In this document: in pieces, positions 49,510 to 62,983 of the stretch
How the letters are laid out: each line of letters opens with the position of its first letter
Position numbering within the stretch: the stretch's first letter is position 1
NCBI GenBank assembly: GCA_020137815.1
Contig: CM035353.1
Location: 1,550,001 to 1,614,000 of the forward strand
Origin: Hormiphora californensis
Taxonomy: Eukaryota; Animalia; Ctenophora
Direction of reading: 5' to 3'
DNA length: 64,000 nt
The notes under the pieces: model-generated
Databases searched by the model: none
Told to the model about the DNA's origin: nothing
The model's input: only the letters and a program-made list of their open reading frames with translations
Made by a program: the position numbers and the translations under genes

Positions 49510-50644
49510 TATGTTTTATGAAGGAGCAGCTATAACACACCTAAAACCAGTCGGAGTTACAGCTGTTACCAACCACAAAGTCTTCTCATTCGAAGATCAG
49601 CGATCCGACTATACTATACCAACTCTCAAACCAAACACACTCGCACCGACATTGTGTATCATGAATCCGTGGTGCGCCGTTCGATGCTACCAGCTACCAG
49701 CTTTGGTAACATAGACACCTGTCACCTGTGTGCGGGGGTCGCGCCAGGTGTCTATGCTACCAGCTGCAGCTAGTATCTGCTACTATGTACCAGCTAGTAT
49801 CTGCAGCTACCTCATGTTTCCAATTCCTCCGATCCCAACGGACTTTTGCTTGAATGTGGAAAAATTAAAACGAGTTTTATAATCAGTTCTAACTGGAATA
49901 CTTACAAAACACATAGTTATATTAAACGTCGTATAAATATATGAAAAACATCTTTCTTTCTCCTATCATCTATGTCTATGTCTAAACCAAAAACATACGT
50001 TTTGTACTTGTACACTAGCTAGGGGACAACCCGGTCCCAATCTTGCTCTAAAAAAAGGAAAACACTCCAACTATTATACAGGGTGGCCCATAAATTATGT
50101 TATTGCAAAACATACCACCTTTACGGAGGAACGTCCCCCTCACTCATAATTTATGGGCAATCCTGTACATAATTATTGCTATGCTACGCGTTGAGTCGCT
50201 TACACGAGCCGAAAGACTGGGAACATGTCAGCATGATACATGTATGTATGCCTCAATTGCAGGGGTATCTTAGGGAACACATTTTAATACCATTACCATT
50301 GCATAACTGGGTTAGGGACATGCAGCAGCGTATAAATCAAACCCCTGGCCCTTGCGGCATTATAAAATCACAAACAAACTGTCATTATCTTTCTTCTTGC
50401 TATGTTCTAACCCTCCCTTTATATTTGTAAACACAGTCTAGCCAGGCAACTTTCTTCCGTGGCCTTTTCGAAATAAAATCATCAATAACGATAAATAAGA
50501 TTTAGATACACCCGTATCAGGAACCGATCAAAACAAGTAAACAACCAATCAGAACTCGTTATTTAGGTCACGTGACTGGTCATCAGCCAATCAGGGACCA
50601 GTATTTCCTGATTCGGTCGGTTCCTGACCCGTATAATATATTGT

Positions 50645-53386
50645 TCATATCTGTCCACCGCGTTCGAATAACAGACTAGCCGCTAGATCAACATTATTAG
50701 AGCATTGTAGGAGGGCTTTCTTTGCCTGCTCTGCACTGAACCCCATCTCCACTAACTTTACTACCGATTCATCTGAAAGAGGTAAAGGTTAGTAATGTAA
50801 TATGAAATAGGCTGTCTGGCACCGCCGACCCCATCTGAGCGCACTGTCAAATGGGGTATGGCGCCGCCATACACTTACAGGTAATAGGTAGAAGCACTAA
50901 AACATGGTTCTTTCTAGAAAAAACCAAGGCCCACGGGGGGAACTTAGTGACCGGTTCATTTCATTGACAAATGAAATAGAAGACCAAGCTGCCTATAAGC
51001 AATAACAATGTATGGCGGTGTAATTTCGACCACAAATCTAATAACAACCTGTGGTGGTAGGGGGAGGAGCAGCTGCTCCTGATGAGTTAGGGGCACCGGC
51101 TGCTGTTTGCTCCTTTGGTATGTCATGCTCTGCAAGGAAATTAGCCGCGGTTCCTGTAGTTCCTATCTTCAGGCAGTTCTCTTTAAGATCGATAACACAC
51201 TGGAGAAGTGATTAGATTAATGGTAATTAGTGTACTGCAGATAGACCACGATGTACCGGGAGGATAATCTTCCCCCGTTATAGGAAATTAATGGTATTTG
51301 ACCCCGATGTACCGGACAAAACCCATTCCCCCGAACATCCCGTTAAAATGTGAGCCACAGCCAAGTTATGTATTACCTGGTGACGTTTCAGCATATCAAG
51401 ACCCAATAACATATCCATTGGTTGGTTCTCCAAAACACTGAATGTACAGGGGAAATGATCGTTCCCAATCTTTAAGGGTAACAGATGGACTCGACCCAGA
51501 ATCTTCTGAGTTCCAACTCCCTTGGCAACTCCCTGGAACCGCTTGTCGATTAAACGGGATACGTTACACCTAAAAGGGAGATAGTTATTATAGTTACTTC
51601 TTGACATCTGTTCATCATATTATCTAGTCGTGATATCGACCGAATTAACACTTACAGATAAATAAAATTAGGTGTGAGCCACAAAAAACCAGCAGGGACA
51701 CCCTTTTGGCTGCCAAACAGAACTCAACGTACCGCGGTTATATCCAAGCAAGGTCACAGAGCAGAAAGGGATCGGGGTCGAGCAGACACCGTGTAGGGGT
51801 GCGCGCGCGCGCGACCCACCTCGCCCTGTTACATGTCAGTGAGAGATGAGACACGGAGAACTTTCATCACTAGCAACATCTCGCGCGTTACGTCTATGAA
51901 AATTGTGTACAGAACTTCTGCCCCATACAAGTTCGGTCAAAATCCCAACTTCGAAAGGGATTGTGACCCCCAACCCAAACAGCAATTGTTTTGCAAAACC
52001 TAAGTGAGTGCTATTATTACTTGGGTGGGACATTGAAACATAAGGTACATACTTCTCAGCGCAGGAACTTGATATGAGGGTCATTTGTGCACCGGAGTCA
52101 ACAAACGCTTTTACTTTGTGTCCGTTTATCTCCACATCAATATACAGCATAATAACCTGGGGGGATGGGGACTTGTTAGGGGGTTAGGCGGACTCTAGTG
52201 CATAACGCACTCTATATCTAAACCCAAGGAGGACTCTATATCTAACCCTAACCTTTACACCAACCCCTAAAACTCGAACCCAAATAACGGCCCTAACACT
52301 TCTAAATGAGTATATAGGCACAGCAAACTCTCGTTTCCGGCCGAAATCTTGAGTTCGCTTTTCGTGATTTTGGCACTGGAGTCCGCTTACCTGTTAGGGG
52401 GTGGTAACCCCCAAACAACCATCATACCGAAGGGTGGGCTAGGTGGTGAGTGAAATTTTAATAAAACTTATGAAAACGGGGGGGGGGGGGGGGGGGGGGG
52501 TCGGCCGATATTGGCCTTGAATATGAATAGTGGTACACACACTAACAATGGCAATAATAAATTAAACAAACGGGGTGTGTGAAAGGGAAATAATTATTAA
52601 GGGTAGATTGTGTGTGGCTAACTGGGGTAATTTTTGTTATGTTCTAACCCTCCTTACATTTGTCGCGGGACGTGGATAGAGAGGGTCGAACAAGACAAGT
52701 ATTGGGATGATGGCATATGTGAGGCAAATGCCGAACCTCCGAACCCTTTTCCCCAAAAAGCCCGGTAATTTATAAATTGTCTGATTCCGAACCCTACCAC
52801 TGCACTTGCCAGTTACCAACACACTTTGTTCTAGCAAGGCTTAATCGAAATCTACAAAATGTCACTGGCTTCCTACCTTTTTTAACTTCATCGGTACGGG
52901 TATAAAAATAGGCATGTCTGGATCGATCGGGGGTACCACGACCTTATTACTCTTAACGATAAACATTATGAAGAGAGAGAGAGAGATAGAGCAAACACAC
53001 AACAAACAGAGGAAGAATGGGACAGACAGGGAGACTTTTTTATTAGTTAGAGGAATGGAGTTGTGGGAATAGAAACCACAAGAAACAAGAACGATGGAAA
53101 ATGGACTAAAACAAGAATGAACCTCCTCTGTGATTAAATCGGGGTTCATGGCGTTTACTACACATGGTTTAGACCTCACTTAAACTACACAGCTCCAGTA
53201 CTAGTAAAATTGATAGGACTATTACTATTATGTTCTAGGGTCCACAAAGGGACGTGTACGTGGTGTAAAGATAGTGGATTAGGGTAGACCAGTAAAAAGG
53301 GTGTCACTAAACGAGAGATATGGAGGCCTGGTAATGTACCGTCATCTTGATTGGCTTGTACCTCCCCTCTCCCTCTCTCTCTCTCT

Positions 53387-53469
<83 letters not shown>

Positions 53470-56400
53470 CCTCTCCTTCTTTCTCTCTTCTTGTTACTAA
53501 TGTTCATATATAAATTGCTTGTTAAACCCCCCGATGACACCATCTCTCACAGATAAGACAATGACGTGCTGCATCGTATTACCTGTCCAAAACTCTCCGG
53601 GTGTTCCTCAAATGCCCGCTCCATGTTCTCCTCGATTTGCTTCCCCTGCAATTTCTCCAGTAACATTTTCTGGTATTCTGGGTCCATGGGGTTACCTGCA
53701 GGTAGAGGGGGTGAGGAATTGCCGCTCATAAGACTGCCCTATCCGCACCGCCCGGGAGGGGGCGAGGACTTGTAGCTCATTATAGATAGGGGTGAGGAAT
53801 TGCAGCTCAATATAAGACTGCCCTCTCCGCACCACCCGGGAGAGGGTGAGGACTTGCAGCTCATAAGACTGCACTATCCGCACCACCCGGGAGGGGTGAG
53901 GACTTGCCTCATAAGACTGCCCTCTCCGCACCACCCGGGAGGGGGAGAGGACTTGCCTCATAAGACTGCCCTCTCCGCACCACCCGGGAGGGGGAGAGGA
54001 CTTGCCTCATAAGACTGCCCTATCCGCACCGCCCGGAAGGGGTGAGGACTTGCTGCTCATAAGACTGCCCTCTCCGCACCACCCGGGAGGGGTGAGGACT
54101 TGCCTCATAAGACTGCCCTCTCCGCACCACCCGGGAGGGGGAGAGGACTTGCCTCATAAGACTGCCCTCTCCGCACCACCCGGGAGGGGGAGAGGACTTG
54201 CCTCATAAGACTGCCCTATCCGCACCGCCCGGGAGGGGGAGAGGACTTGCAGCTCATAAGACTGCCCTCTCCGCACCACCAGGGAGGGGGTGAGGACTTG
54301 CAGCTCAATATAGACTGCCCTCTCCGCACCACCCGGGAGGGGGAGAGGACTTGTAGCATAAGACTGCCCTATCCGCACTACCAGGGAGAGGGCGAGGACT
54401 TGCAGCTCAATATAGACTGCCCTCTCCGCTCGAGATGCCGTGTCAACATTACAGTCACATGTAGTGAGGACATGATATATAGCGAGATAATATCTGTGAA
54501 ATTTACCCGTCAGTAAGAATTCTTCGTCTCGCTTCCGTTTTCTGATCAGCTCTTGACGTTCTTTATACACCTGCACAAAATATATCATACTATTGCAACT
54601 GGGCCAGCCCCTCCGCGAGAGGTTCTTTGATTTATTGATTGATTGATTCATTGGTATATTATTGCGGTGGATTCAATAATTACCTCCTAAGAATTTTCTA
54701 TCACTAAATTGAACTCTAAAATTACGTGTCCTATTCCTGAATCAGGAATCCTGATACCTACCTTAGAAAACTTTTCCTTATCGTTAACAGCATTGGCAAA
54801 TGTCTGGTCCCGTTCCCGTAACAATGATAACTGGTATGGGTCTGCCAGAATCTGCTGTCTCAGCTCCTCACATTCATCCCTAGCAGGGGCCGCAGCGGGG
54901 GCTGGTTGCGCTCTGAGGGGAGAGTGTGTGTGTGTGGGGGGGGGGGGGTGTCAGGGGCCGCAGCAGGGGCTGGTTGCGCTCTGAGAGGGGAGAGTGTGTC
55001 GGGGGGGGGGGGGGGGGGGGTGTCAGCAGTCAGGGGCCGCAGCGGGGGCTGGTTGCGTCCTCTGAGGGGGAGAGTGTGTGTGTCGGGGGGGGGGGGGGGG
55101 GCGGGGGGGCTGCAGCGGGGGGGGTGGTTGCGCTCTGAGAGGTGGAGAGTGTCTGTCGGAGGGGGGGGGGGGTGTCAGGGGGCGGGGGCTGGTTGGCGCT
55201 GAGAGGGGAGAGTTGTGGTTGGGGGGAGAGTGGGTGGCGGGGGGGGGGGGGGGGGGTGTGTCAGGGGCTGCAGCGGGGGCTGGTTGCGCTCTGAGAGGGG
55301 AGGGAGGGTGTGGGGGGGGGGGGGTGGGGGGGTTGTCAGAGGCCGCAGCGGGGCTGGTTGCCTGAGAGGGAGAGTGTGGGGGGGTGGGTGGGGGGGTGGG
55401 GGGGGGGGGGGTGGGGGGGGTTGTCAGCAGTCAGGGCGCAGCGGGGCTGGTTGCGCTCTGAGAGGGGGAGAGTGTGTGTTGGGGGGGGGGGGGGGGGTGC
55501 AGTCAGGGGCCGCAGCGGGGGCTGGTTGCGCTTGAGGGGGGGGGGGGGAGTGTGGAGGGGGGGGGGGGGGGGGGGGGGGTCAGCAGTCAGGGGCCGCAGA
55601 GGGGCGCTGGTTTTGTCGGCTCTGAGGGGTCAGGAGATGTGTGTGTTGGGGGGGGGGGGGGGGTGTCAGGACTCAGGAGGCTGCAGAGGGGGCTGGTTGT
55701 ACGCTCTGAGGGGGTGGGGGGGGGATCAGTCAGTCAGGGGCCGCAGAGGGGGGCCTGGTTTGCGCTCTGAGGGGCGGAGAGGTTGATGTCGGGGGGCGGG
55801 GGGGTGTCAGCAGTCAGGGGCCGCCAGCGCGGGGGCTGGTTGCGCTCTGGAAGGGGGGGGGGGTTGGGGGTGGGGGGGGTCAGCAGTCAGGGGCCGCAGA
55901 GGGGGCTGGTTGCGCTCTGAGGGGGGAGAGTGTGTGTTGGGGGGGGGGGGGGGGTGGTGTCAGGACTCAGGGGCTGCAGAGGGGGCTGGTTGCGCTCTGA
56001 GGGGGGGGGGTCAGCAGTCAGGGGCCGCAGAGGGGGCTGGTTGCGCTCTGAGGGGAGGGGGGGGGGGTGTCAGCAGTCAGGGGCTGCAGCGGGGGCTGGT
56101 TGCGCTCTGAGAGGGGAGAGTGTGTGTCGGGAGGGGGGGGGGGCTGGGGTTGAATACTTTAGTTAATTTGAATTTAAGTTAATTACCCTGGTACCCGTAT
56201 GGCACTCCAATCAATCCCTGATAATCCCACACCACTATTAGCAGCAGGGGCCGGTGCAGGTTGCTGAAGCTGCTGAATGGTCATTAGCAACATGTCTCCA
56301 TCGGCACATCCATATTTGGAGAGAGGTGCCTTCTTGTCCACCAGTGGTACCCCATTCCGTGATAACTATAGGGCACATGTTGTTATTTGTCTACCAAGGA

Positions 56401-56685
56401 GGGTTAGAACGTTGTTATACGGCGAGAAACCGGGTCGAGGTATACGGTTTGAGATCCATGTGGAAGAATTGAATAATTAGAAGTCAAAAGAAGTGTATCA
56501 TCTCAAATATATAATGAAGATAACTGGAATGATTGAACGAATGATCTGACTCCTCTCACCTGAATTTGCTGGGCTGATTTCCCGGACTCCATGGCTACCA
56601 AAGCAAATAGATTCTCTACCTCCATCTCACCAGAGACCTCAACGGTATAAAACTCGCCTCCAGGTGTTGTAACTATCAGGTTCAT
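50645..56685 (-). CDS. DDI1: DNA-damage-inducible 1 homologue (UBL-HDD-retroviral-like protease-UBA), 9 exons
   Basis: UBL N-terminus, [27 protein letters not shown]...[76 protein letters not shown]-terminal UBA LVEMGF...[11 protein letters not shown]. Confidence 0.95.
53700..54430 (-). repeat. ~49-bp tandem array abutting a DDI1 acceptor
   Basis: About 14 copies; the last unit merges into the pyrimidine tract CCTCACCCCCTCTACCTGCAG of the GNPMDPEY exon. Confidence 0.9.
54885..56130 (-). repeat. Acceptor+exon tandem array in DDI1 intron 2 with poly-C spacers
   Basis: About 17 copies of CTCAG|AGCGCAACCAGCCCCC(G/T)CTGCGGCCCCTG; the functional copy starts the exon at 54912. Confidence 0.88.
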
Positions 56686-56737
56686 ACTGAGCTAGTAGTG
56701 AGAGTGAGCGGAGCTAATAGTGGTGGTAATGATCTGG

Positions 56738-57270
56738 TAATGAGAGTGATAAGGTAATGAGAGTGATACGGTAATGAGAGTGATAAGGTAATGAGAGTGA
56801 TAAGGTAATGAGAGTGATAAGGTAATGAGAGTGATAAGGTAATGAGAGTGATAAGGTAATGAGAGTGATAAGGTAATGAGAGTGATAAGGTAATGAGAGT
56901 GATAAGGTAATGAGAGTGATAAGGTAATGAGAGTGATAAGGTAATTGAGAGTGAAAAGTAATGCGAGTGTAAGGTAATGAGAGTGATAAGGTAATGAGAG
57001 TGATAAGGTAATGAGAGTGATAAGGTAATGAGAGTGATAAGGTAATGAGAGTGCTAAGGTAATGAGAGTGATACGGTACTGAGAGTGATAAGGTAAGGTG
57101 AGATGAAGGTGATAAGGTAATGAGAGTGATAAGGTAATGAGAGTGATAAGGTAATGAGAGTGATAAGGTAATGAGAGTGATAAGGTAATGAGAGTGATAA
57201 GGTAATGAGAGTGATAAGGTAATGAGAGTGATAAGGTAATGAGAGTGATAAGGTAATGAGAGTGATAAGG
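56738..57270. repeat. 17-bp tandem array (GTAATGAGAGTGATAAG) between COPZ1 and DDI1
   Basis: About 30 copies ending about 50 nt upstream of the DDI1 start codon. Confidence 0.92.
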
Positions 57271-57723
57271 ATCTGGAGTGATAATAAAGTTGATAATAAC
57301 GTCATGAGCCATGGATCATTAATAGTGTGATTGAAAAATGCTCTGGACTAGGCGGGCCCAGTGGCTTTTTACAAAATTGTTGCTGCGAATGGGGTTTCAG
57401 GCGGGTGTGGTTGAACGATGGGAAATCGCACGATATGCAGTATAGGAGCATTCTCTAGCGAACTACAGGTTTGAAAATCAAATGTCCTGGCACCAGACAG
57501 AATGGGAGTGTGCTAAATAAACGGATAGAAACTGGAAATTGCGATTATTTAAAACATGCTAAACCCACTAAACAATACATTCATTTACATGATTAAAATT
57601 CGTTTACAATATCTGTATTTTTAACTCGAAATGTAAAATAAAACAATACTCCTGTCATTTCTCTCTCCGCACAATATACAAAGTGTTTCGCCTGCACTCT
57701 TATAATTAATTATAATTAATTAA

Positions 57724-60700
57724 TTATCTCAACAAGCTCCACTTGAATCCCTCTCGGGCACTCTGCAGGACCTGTTGCACAGTTTGTTCAGTGATTGGTA
57801 GGGATCCCATCATTCCACTACCTACACCTCCCTCTTGGAGCTCCGATTTAGGGCACACCCGGGAGACGATGGAATCTGAGTCATACTCCAATATCACACC
57901 TGGGGGAGGGAGGGAGTGTGAGTCATACTGCAATATCACACCTGGGGGAGGGAGGGAATGTGAGTCATACTGCAATATCACACCTGGGGGAGGGAGGGAA
58001 TGTGAGTCATACTCCAATATCACACCTGGGGGAGGGGGGGGGGGAATGTGAGTCATACTCCAATATCACACCTGGGGGAGGGAATGTGAGTCATACTCCA
58101 ATATCACACCTGGGGGAGGGAGGGAATGTGAGTCATACTGCAATATCACACCTGGGGAGGGAGGGAATGTGAGTCATACTCCAATATCACACCTGGGGGA
58201 GGGAATGTGAGTCATACTGCAATATCACACCTGGGGGAGGGAGTGTGAGTCATACTGCAATATCACACCTGGGGGAGGGAATGTGAGCCATACTGCAATA
58301 TCACACCTGGGGGAGGGAGGGAGTGTGAGTCATACTCCAATATCACACCTGGGGGAGGGAGTGTGAGTCATACTCCAATATCACACCTGGGGGAGGGAAT
58401 GTGAGTCATACTCCAATATCACACCTGGGGGGGGGAGGGAATGTGAGTCATACTGCAATATCACACCTGGGGGAGGGAGGGAGTGTGAGTCATACTGCAA
58501 TATCACACCTGGGGGAGGGAGGGAGTGTGAGTCATACTGCAATATCACACCTGGGGGAGGGAGGGAATGTGAGTCATACTGCAATATCACACCTGGGGGA
58601 GGGAGTGTGAGTCATATTCCAATATCACACCTGGGGGAGGGAGGGAATGTGAGTCATACTCCAATATCACACCTGGGGGGGGGGAGGGAATATGAGTCAT
58701 ACTGCAATATCACACCTGGGGGAGGGAGGGAGTGTGAGTCATACTGCAATATCACACCTGGGGGAGGGAGGGAGTGTGAGTCATACTGCAATATCACACC
58801 TGGGGGAGGGAGGGAATGTGAGTCATACTGCAATATCACACCTGGGGGAGGGAGGGAGTGTGAGTCATACTGCAATATCACACCTGGGGGAGGGAGTGTG
58901 AGTCATACTGCAATATCACACCTGGGGGAGGGAGTGTGAGTCATACTGCAATATCACACCTGGGGGAGGGAGGGAGTGTGAGTCATACTGCAATATCACA
59001 CCTGGGGGAGGGAGGGAGTGTGAGTCATACTGCAATATCACACCTGGGGGAGGGAGGGAATGTGAGTCATACTCCAATATCACACCTGGGGGAGGGAATG
59101 TGAGTCATACTCCAATATCACACCTGGGGGAGGGAGTGTGAGTCATACTGCAATATCACACCTGGGGGAGGGAGGGAGTGTGAGTCATACTGCAATATCA
59201 CACCTGGGGGAGGGAGGGAATGTGAGTCATATACTCCAACTAGCGCACCCATAATTGGGTGCGCCTCAAGTAAGGGCTTTCTAATAACCCATCCGGCTTC
59301 GCCGGTTGGGTTTTTCGCCCCTTTCAACGTCAATAACACGGTTGCCATGGCAACTGAATTGGTAACTATGGGGACTGGCATGTCAAAAGTCATTCAAAAA
59401 TATTAAGAAACTTCCATTGGAAGTTCCAAAAGTGTGAACAGCAGCTTTACAGCTTTGGTCATATGAAGTGTTTTATGAAGGAGCAGTCTGTCGCTTAGAT
59501 ACCGCTGAACGAACGACTTCGACTTCGACGTTCATCTCCAAATTATAATAGAGATATCACACCTGGGGGAGGGAATGTGAGTCATACTGCAATATCACAC
59601 CTGGGGGAGGGAGGGAATGTGAGTCATACTCCAATATCACACCTGGGGGAGGGAGGGAGTGTGAGTCATACTCCAATATCACACCTGGGGGAGGGAGTGT
59701 GAGTCATACTGCAATATCACACCTGGGGGAGTGAATGTGAGTCATACTCCAATATCACACCTGGGCGAGGGAATGTGAGTCATACTGCAATATCACACCT
59801 GGGGGAGGGAGTGTGAGTCATACTCCAATATCACACCTAGGGGAGGGAGGGAATGTGAGTCATACTCCAATATCACACCTGGGGGAGGGAGTGTGACTCA
59901 TACTGCAATATCACACCTGGGGGAGGGAATGGGAGTCATACTCCAATATCACACCTGGGGGAGGGAGGGAGTGGAAATGGAAGGGAAAGGTGGAGGAAGG
60001 AGGTAAGGTGGTCATTTAGGTCACGTGACTGGTTATCAGCCAATCAGGGACCAGTATTTCCTGATTCGGTCGGTTCCTGCACATTACGCACCTTCCTGTA
60101 TAAAGTCGTCAACTGCTAGCATTACCAAACCCATCTTATTTAAAATGGCCTTCTTCTCCACATTCTTCTTCAGTATAACACTCATCTGTAAACACGATAA
60201 GTGAAGTTCACTTAATATAAGCGAAAGTAAAGTGTAAGCGAAACAACAACAAACTGGCTGGGCGGCGTGTTGCGCATACTGTTAAGGATCTCACTTGTAA
60301 GATATTCACGTGCGCAACGTTTGTCCGACGTGCAACCCGTTCGTTGTTGTTTCGCTTACACTTCTGCTCAAAATTCGATATTCCGTGAGTAGACGTACTG
60401 TATCAAAGAAAGTGTTGAGGGCTTGTGACAGGATAAGTTCATTTTCCTCTCCATCTCCCACAATGTAGAATGAGACATCGACACTGAAATGAAGGAGATG
60501 CTGTTAGAAACCAGGATCGGAACTGAACGAAACAAGTAAACAACCAATCAGAACTCGTTATTTAGGTCAGGTGACTAGTTATCAGCCAATCAGGGACCAG
60601 TATTTCCTGATTCGGTCGGTTCCTGTACATATAAACAAACCTCCTCGATTGAAGGTAAAAATACACGAATTATAGGTTTAAATTGGCTGAGAGATAAACC

Positions 60701-61128
60701 GAAAGGGTGGTCACACGATGCGATGACCCTGCTGCTGCAGTAGAGAAATATAATATACAGCTTAGAACTGTGAAAGTGATGATCTACATACCTGGACCGA
60801 TAAACAACAGTCATTCCCTTGAGGGCTACAATTTCAAAGTCTGTTTCCTTAGTTTTCTTGAACACCGCCTGCTCAAACTCTTTTGCATCCCTGAAAATGG
60901 AGGCTTTGAAACAAATGGTTAGCGTCGTCGATCACAGATTACCACGGCAACCCAGATATTTAATTCTAGTTTCACACCAGAAATCAGGATTCACACGTCA
61001 TTATGTTTTAATTTTAAATGCCATGATCTATACCTTTCAGTTGGAAATGCTCCATTATAGTACTTGGAGAAGACTCTGTTTCCATCATTGTCAAGGATCA
61101 ACAGTGCAGATACACTGCTCAACTTCAT
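57724..61128 (-). CDS. COPZ1: Coatomer subunit zeta, 5 exons
   Basis: [49 protein letters not shown]...[22 protein letters not shown]...[24 protein letters not shown]. Confidence 0.95.
57878..59972 (-). repeat. 38-42-bp acceptor+exon tandem array in the last COPZ1 intron (~40-45 copies), interrupted by a Helitron
   Basis: Unit CA(T/C)TCCCTCCCTCCCCCAG|GTGTGATATTG(G/C)AGTATGACTCA; only the 3'-most copy (exon start 57899) continues into conserved coding sequence. Confidence 0.95.
59240..59554 (-). mobile_element. Non-autonomous Helitron inserted into the COPZ1 acceptor array
   Basis: A|TC...hairpin-CTAG|T insertion without a TSD, splitting the unit CTCCAA^TATCAC. Confidence 0.85.
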
Positions 61129-61687
61129 TTTACTAGCTAGAGATGTGGAAATATTTGGTAGTTTGTGTGTTTGGAGGTGTAGGTAGTTTGGAGTGTAGTT
61201 AGTTTGGAGTTTAGCTAGAAATGTGGGAATATTTGGTAGTTTGTGTGTTTGGTGTTTGGAGGTGTAGTTAGTTTGGAGGTGTAGTTAGTTTGGAGTTTAG
61301 CTAGAAATGTGGGAATATTTGGTAGTTTGTGAATGTTTGGAGTGTAGTTAGTGTGTTTGGAAGTGTGGCATTATAACAGTTGTTGATATATATTGCTTGT
61401 GAAGTTGAGTCCCACCCCAATTACTCAACTAGTAGTGGGGACTGAGGTGATGTAGATGCCTGATGGCAACATCCACCATGCCATACATGTACTCAAATAA
61501 TATCAGGTTTACTTGAAATAAACATTATACACATGAAAATGCTTTCTGAAATTCAATTTCAGCAGTTTTTGAAGACATCTGAAGCTTTCCCCCATTCAAT
61601 CTACTGTATACACAAGTTAGCGTCTTGCAGACCGAAAACTTAACAAACAGAATTTTAAATCTATCGAGAAGACTATATCAATCTTAA

Positions 61688-62983
61688 GGGTACACCTCGG
61701 CAAAATTTTTGTCGAGTGCCCGCTTAGCTCTCCATATGGGGTTGTAGGGTATACCAAGCCGACCTCAAACATGCAATTTAAGCCCTTAACTCGAATTCAT
61801 ATTTTTGCTAGAGCCCCTCAAAGTTTGACCCTAAAAACCGGTTTTTAAGGTCCCTAAATTTTATTTTTAGGGCTAGAAAGCTGAAAATTTAGGGATTCAT
61901 AGAGGATACCAAGGTGTATAGCTCAAACCGAAATTTTTTGAAATGGAGCTCAATTTTTTGTCTGAGACTATTTTACTTTTTTTGACTTTGAGGCCATATT
62001 TGGACATGTTCCTATGGACCGTTAAGGCTAAAAATTGGATATGTGGTGCTCCTAACAATTGTCAAAGTAGCCACAAATTTTCAGGAGGTCCGAATTTGAA
62101 ATGTGGCCTACAGGTTTCTTTTTGTAAAGCACATATTTTAGGAAAACTTAAAATGGCTATATCTCAAAAACGGTAGGTCCTAGCCATCTAATTTCGTGCT
62201 AAATCGATTCAGCGGGTCCGATTTTGGGGGGGTCGTCTCCTAGACATTTTGCTCTAAGTCTAACCGTTTTTTCAGAAATCGTATTTTAAGAGTTGAACAT
62301 GTTTAGCAGAAATAGGTAAGATTAGCTCTAGCTAGAAGCATTTCTGCTAAACATGTTCAACTCTTAAAATACGTTCAACTCTTAAAATACGATTTCTGAA
62401 AAAACGGTTAGACTTAGAGCAAAATGTCTAGGAGACGACCCCCCCAAAATCGGACCCGCTGAATCGATTTAGCACGAAATTAGATGGCTAGGACCTACCG
62501 TTTTTGAGATATAGCCATTTTAAGTTTTCCTAAAATATGTGCTTTACAAAAAGAAACCTGTAGGCCACATTTCAAATTCGGACCTCCTGAAAATTTGTGG
62601 CTACTTTGACAATTGTTAGGAGCACCACATATCCAATTTTTAGCCTTATCGGTCCATAGGAACATGTCCAAATATGGCCTCAAAGTCAAAAAAAGTAAAA
62701 TAGTCTCAGACAAAAAATTGAGCTCCATTTCAAAAAATTTCGGTTTGAGCTATACACCTTGGTATCCTCTATGAATCCCTAAATTTTCAGCTTTCTAGCC
62801 CTAAAAATAAAATTTAGGGACCTTAAAAACCGGTTTTTAGGGTCAAACTTTGAGGGGCTTTAGCAAAAATATGAATTCGAGTTAAGGGCTAAAATTGCAT
62901 ATTTGAGGTCGGCTTGGTATGCCCTACAACCCCATATGGAGAGCTAAGCGGGCACTCGACAAAAATTTTGCCGAGGTGTACCC
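61688..62983. mobile_element. 1.3-kb foldback Kolobok-like element
   Basis: TTAA|GGGTACACCTCGGC...GCCGAGGTGTACCC|TTAA; near-identical inverted arms of about 620 bp. Confidence 0.85.

Noticed and set aside
61943-62728. Two near-identical 77-aa ORFs on opposite strands
   Set aside because: By-product of the palindromic transposon arms; no transposase similarity.
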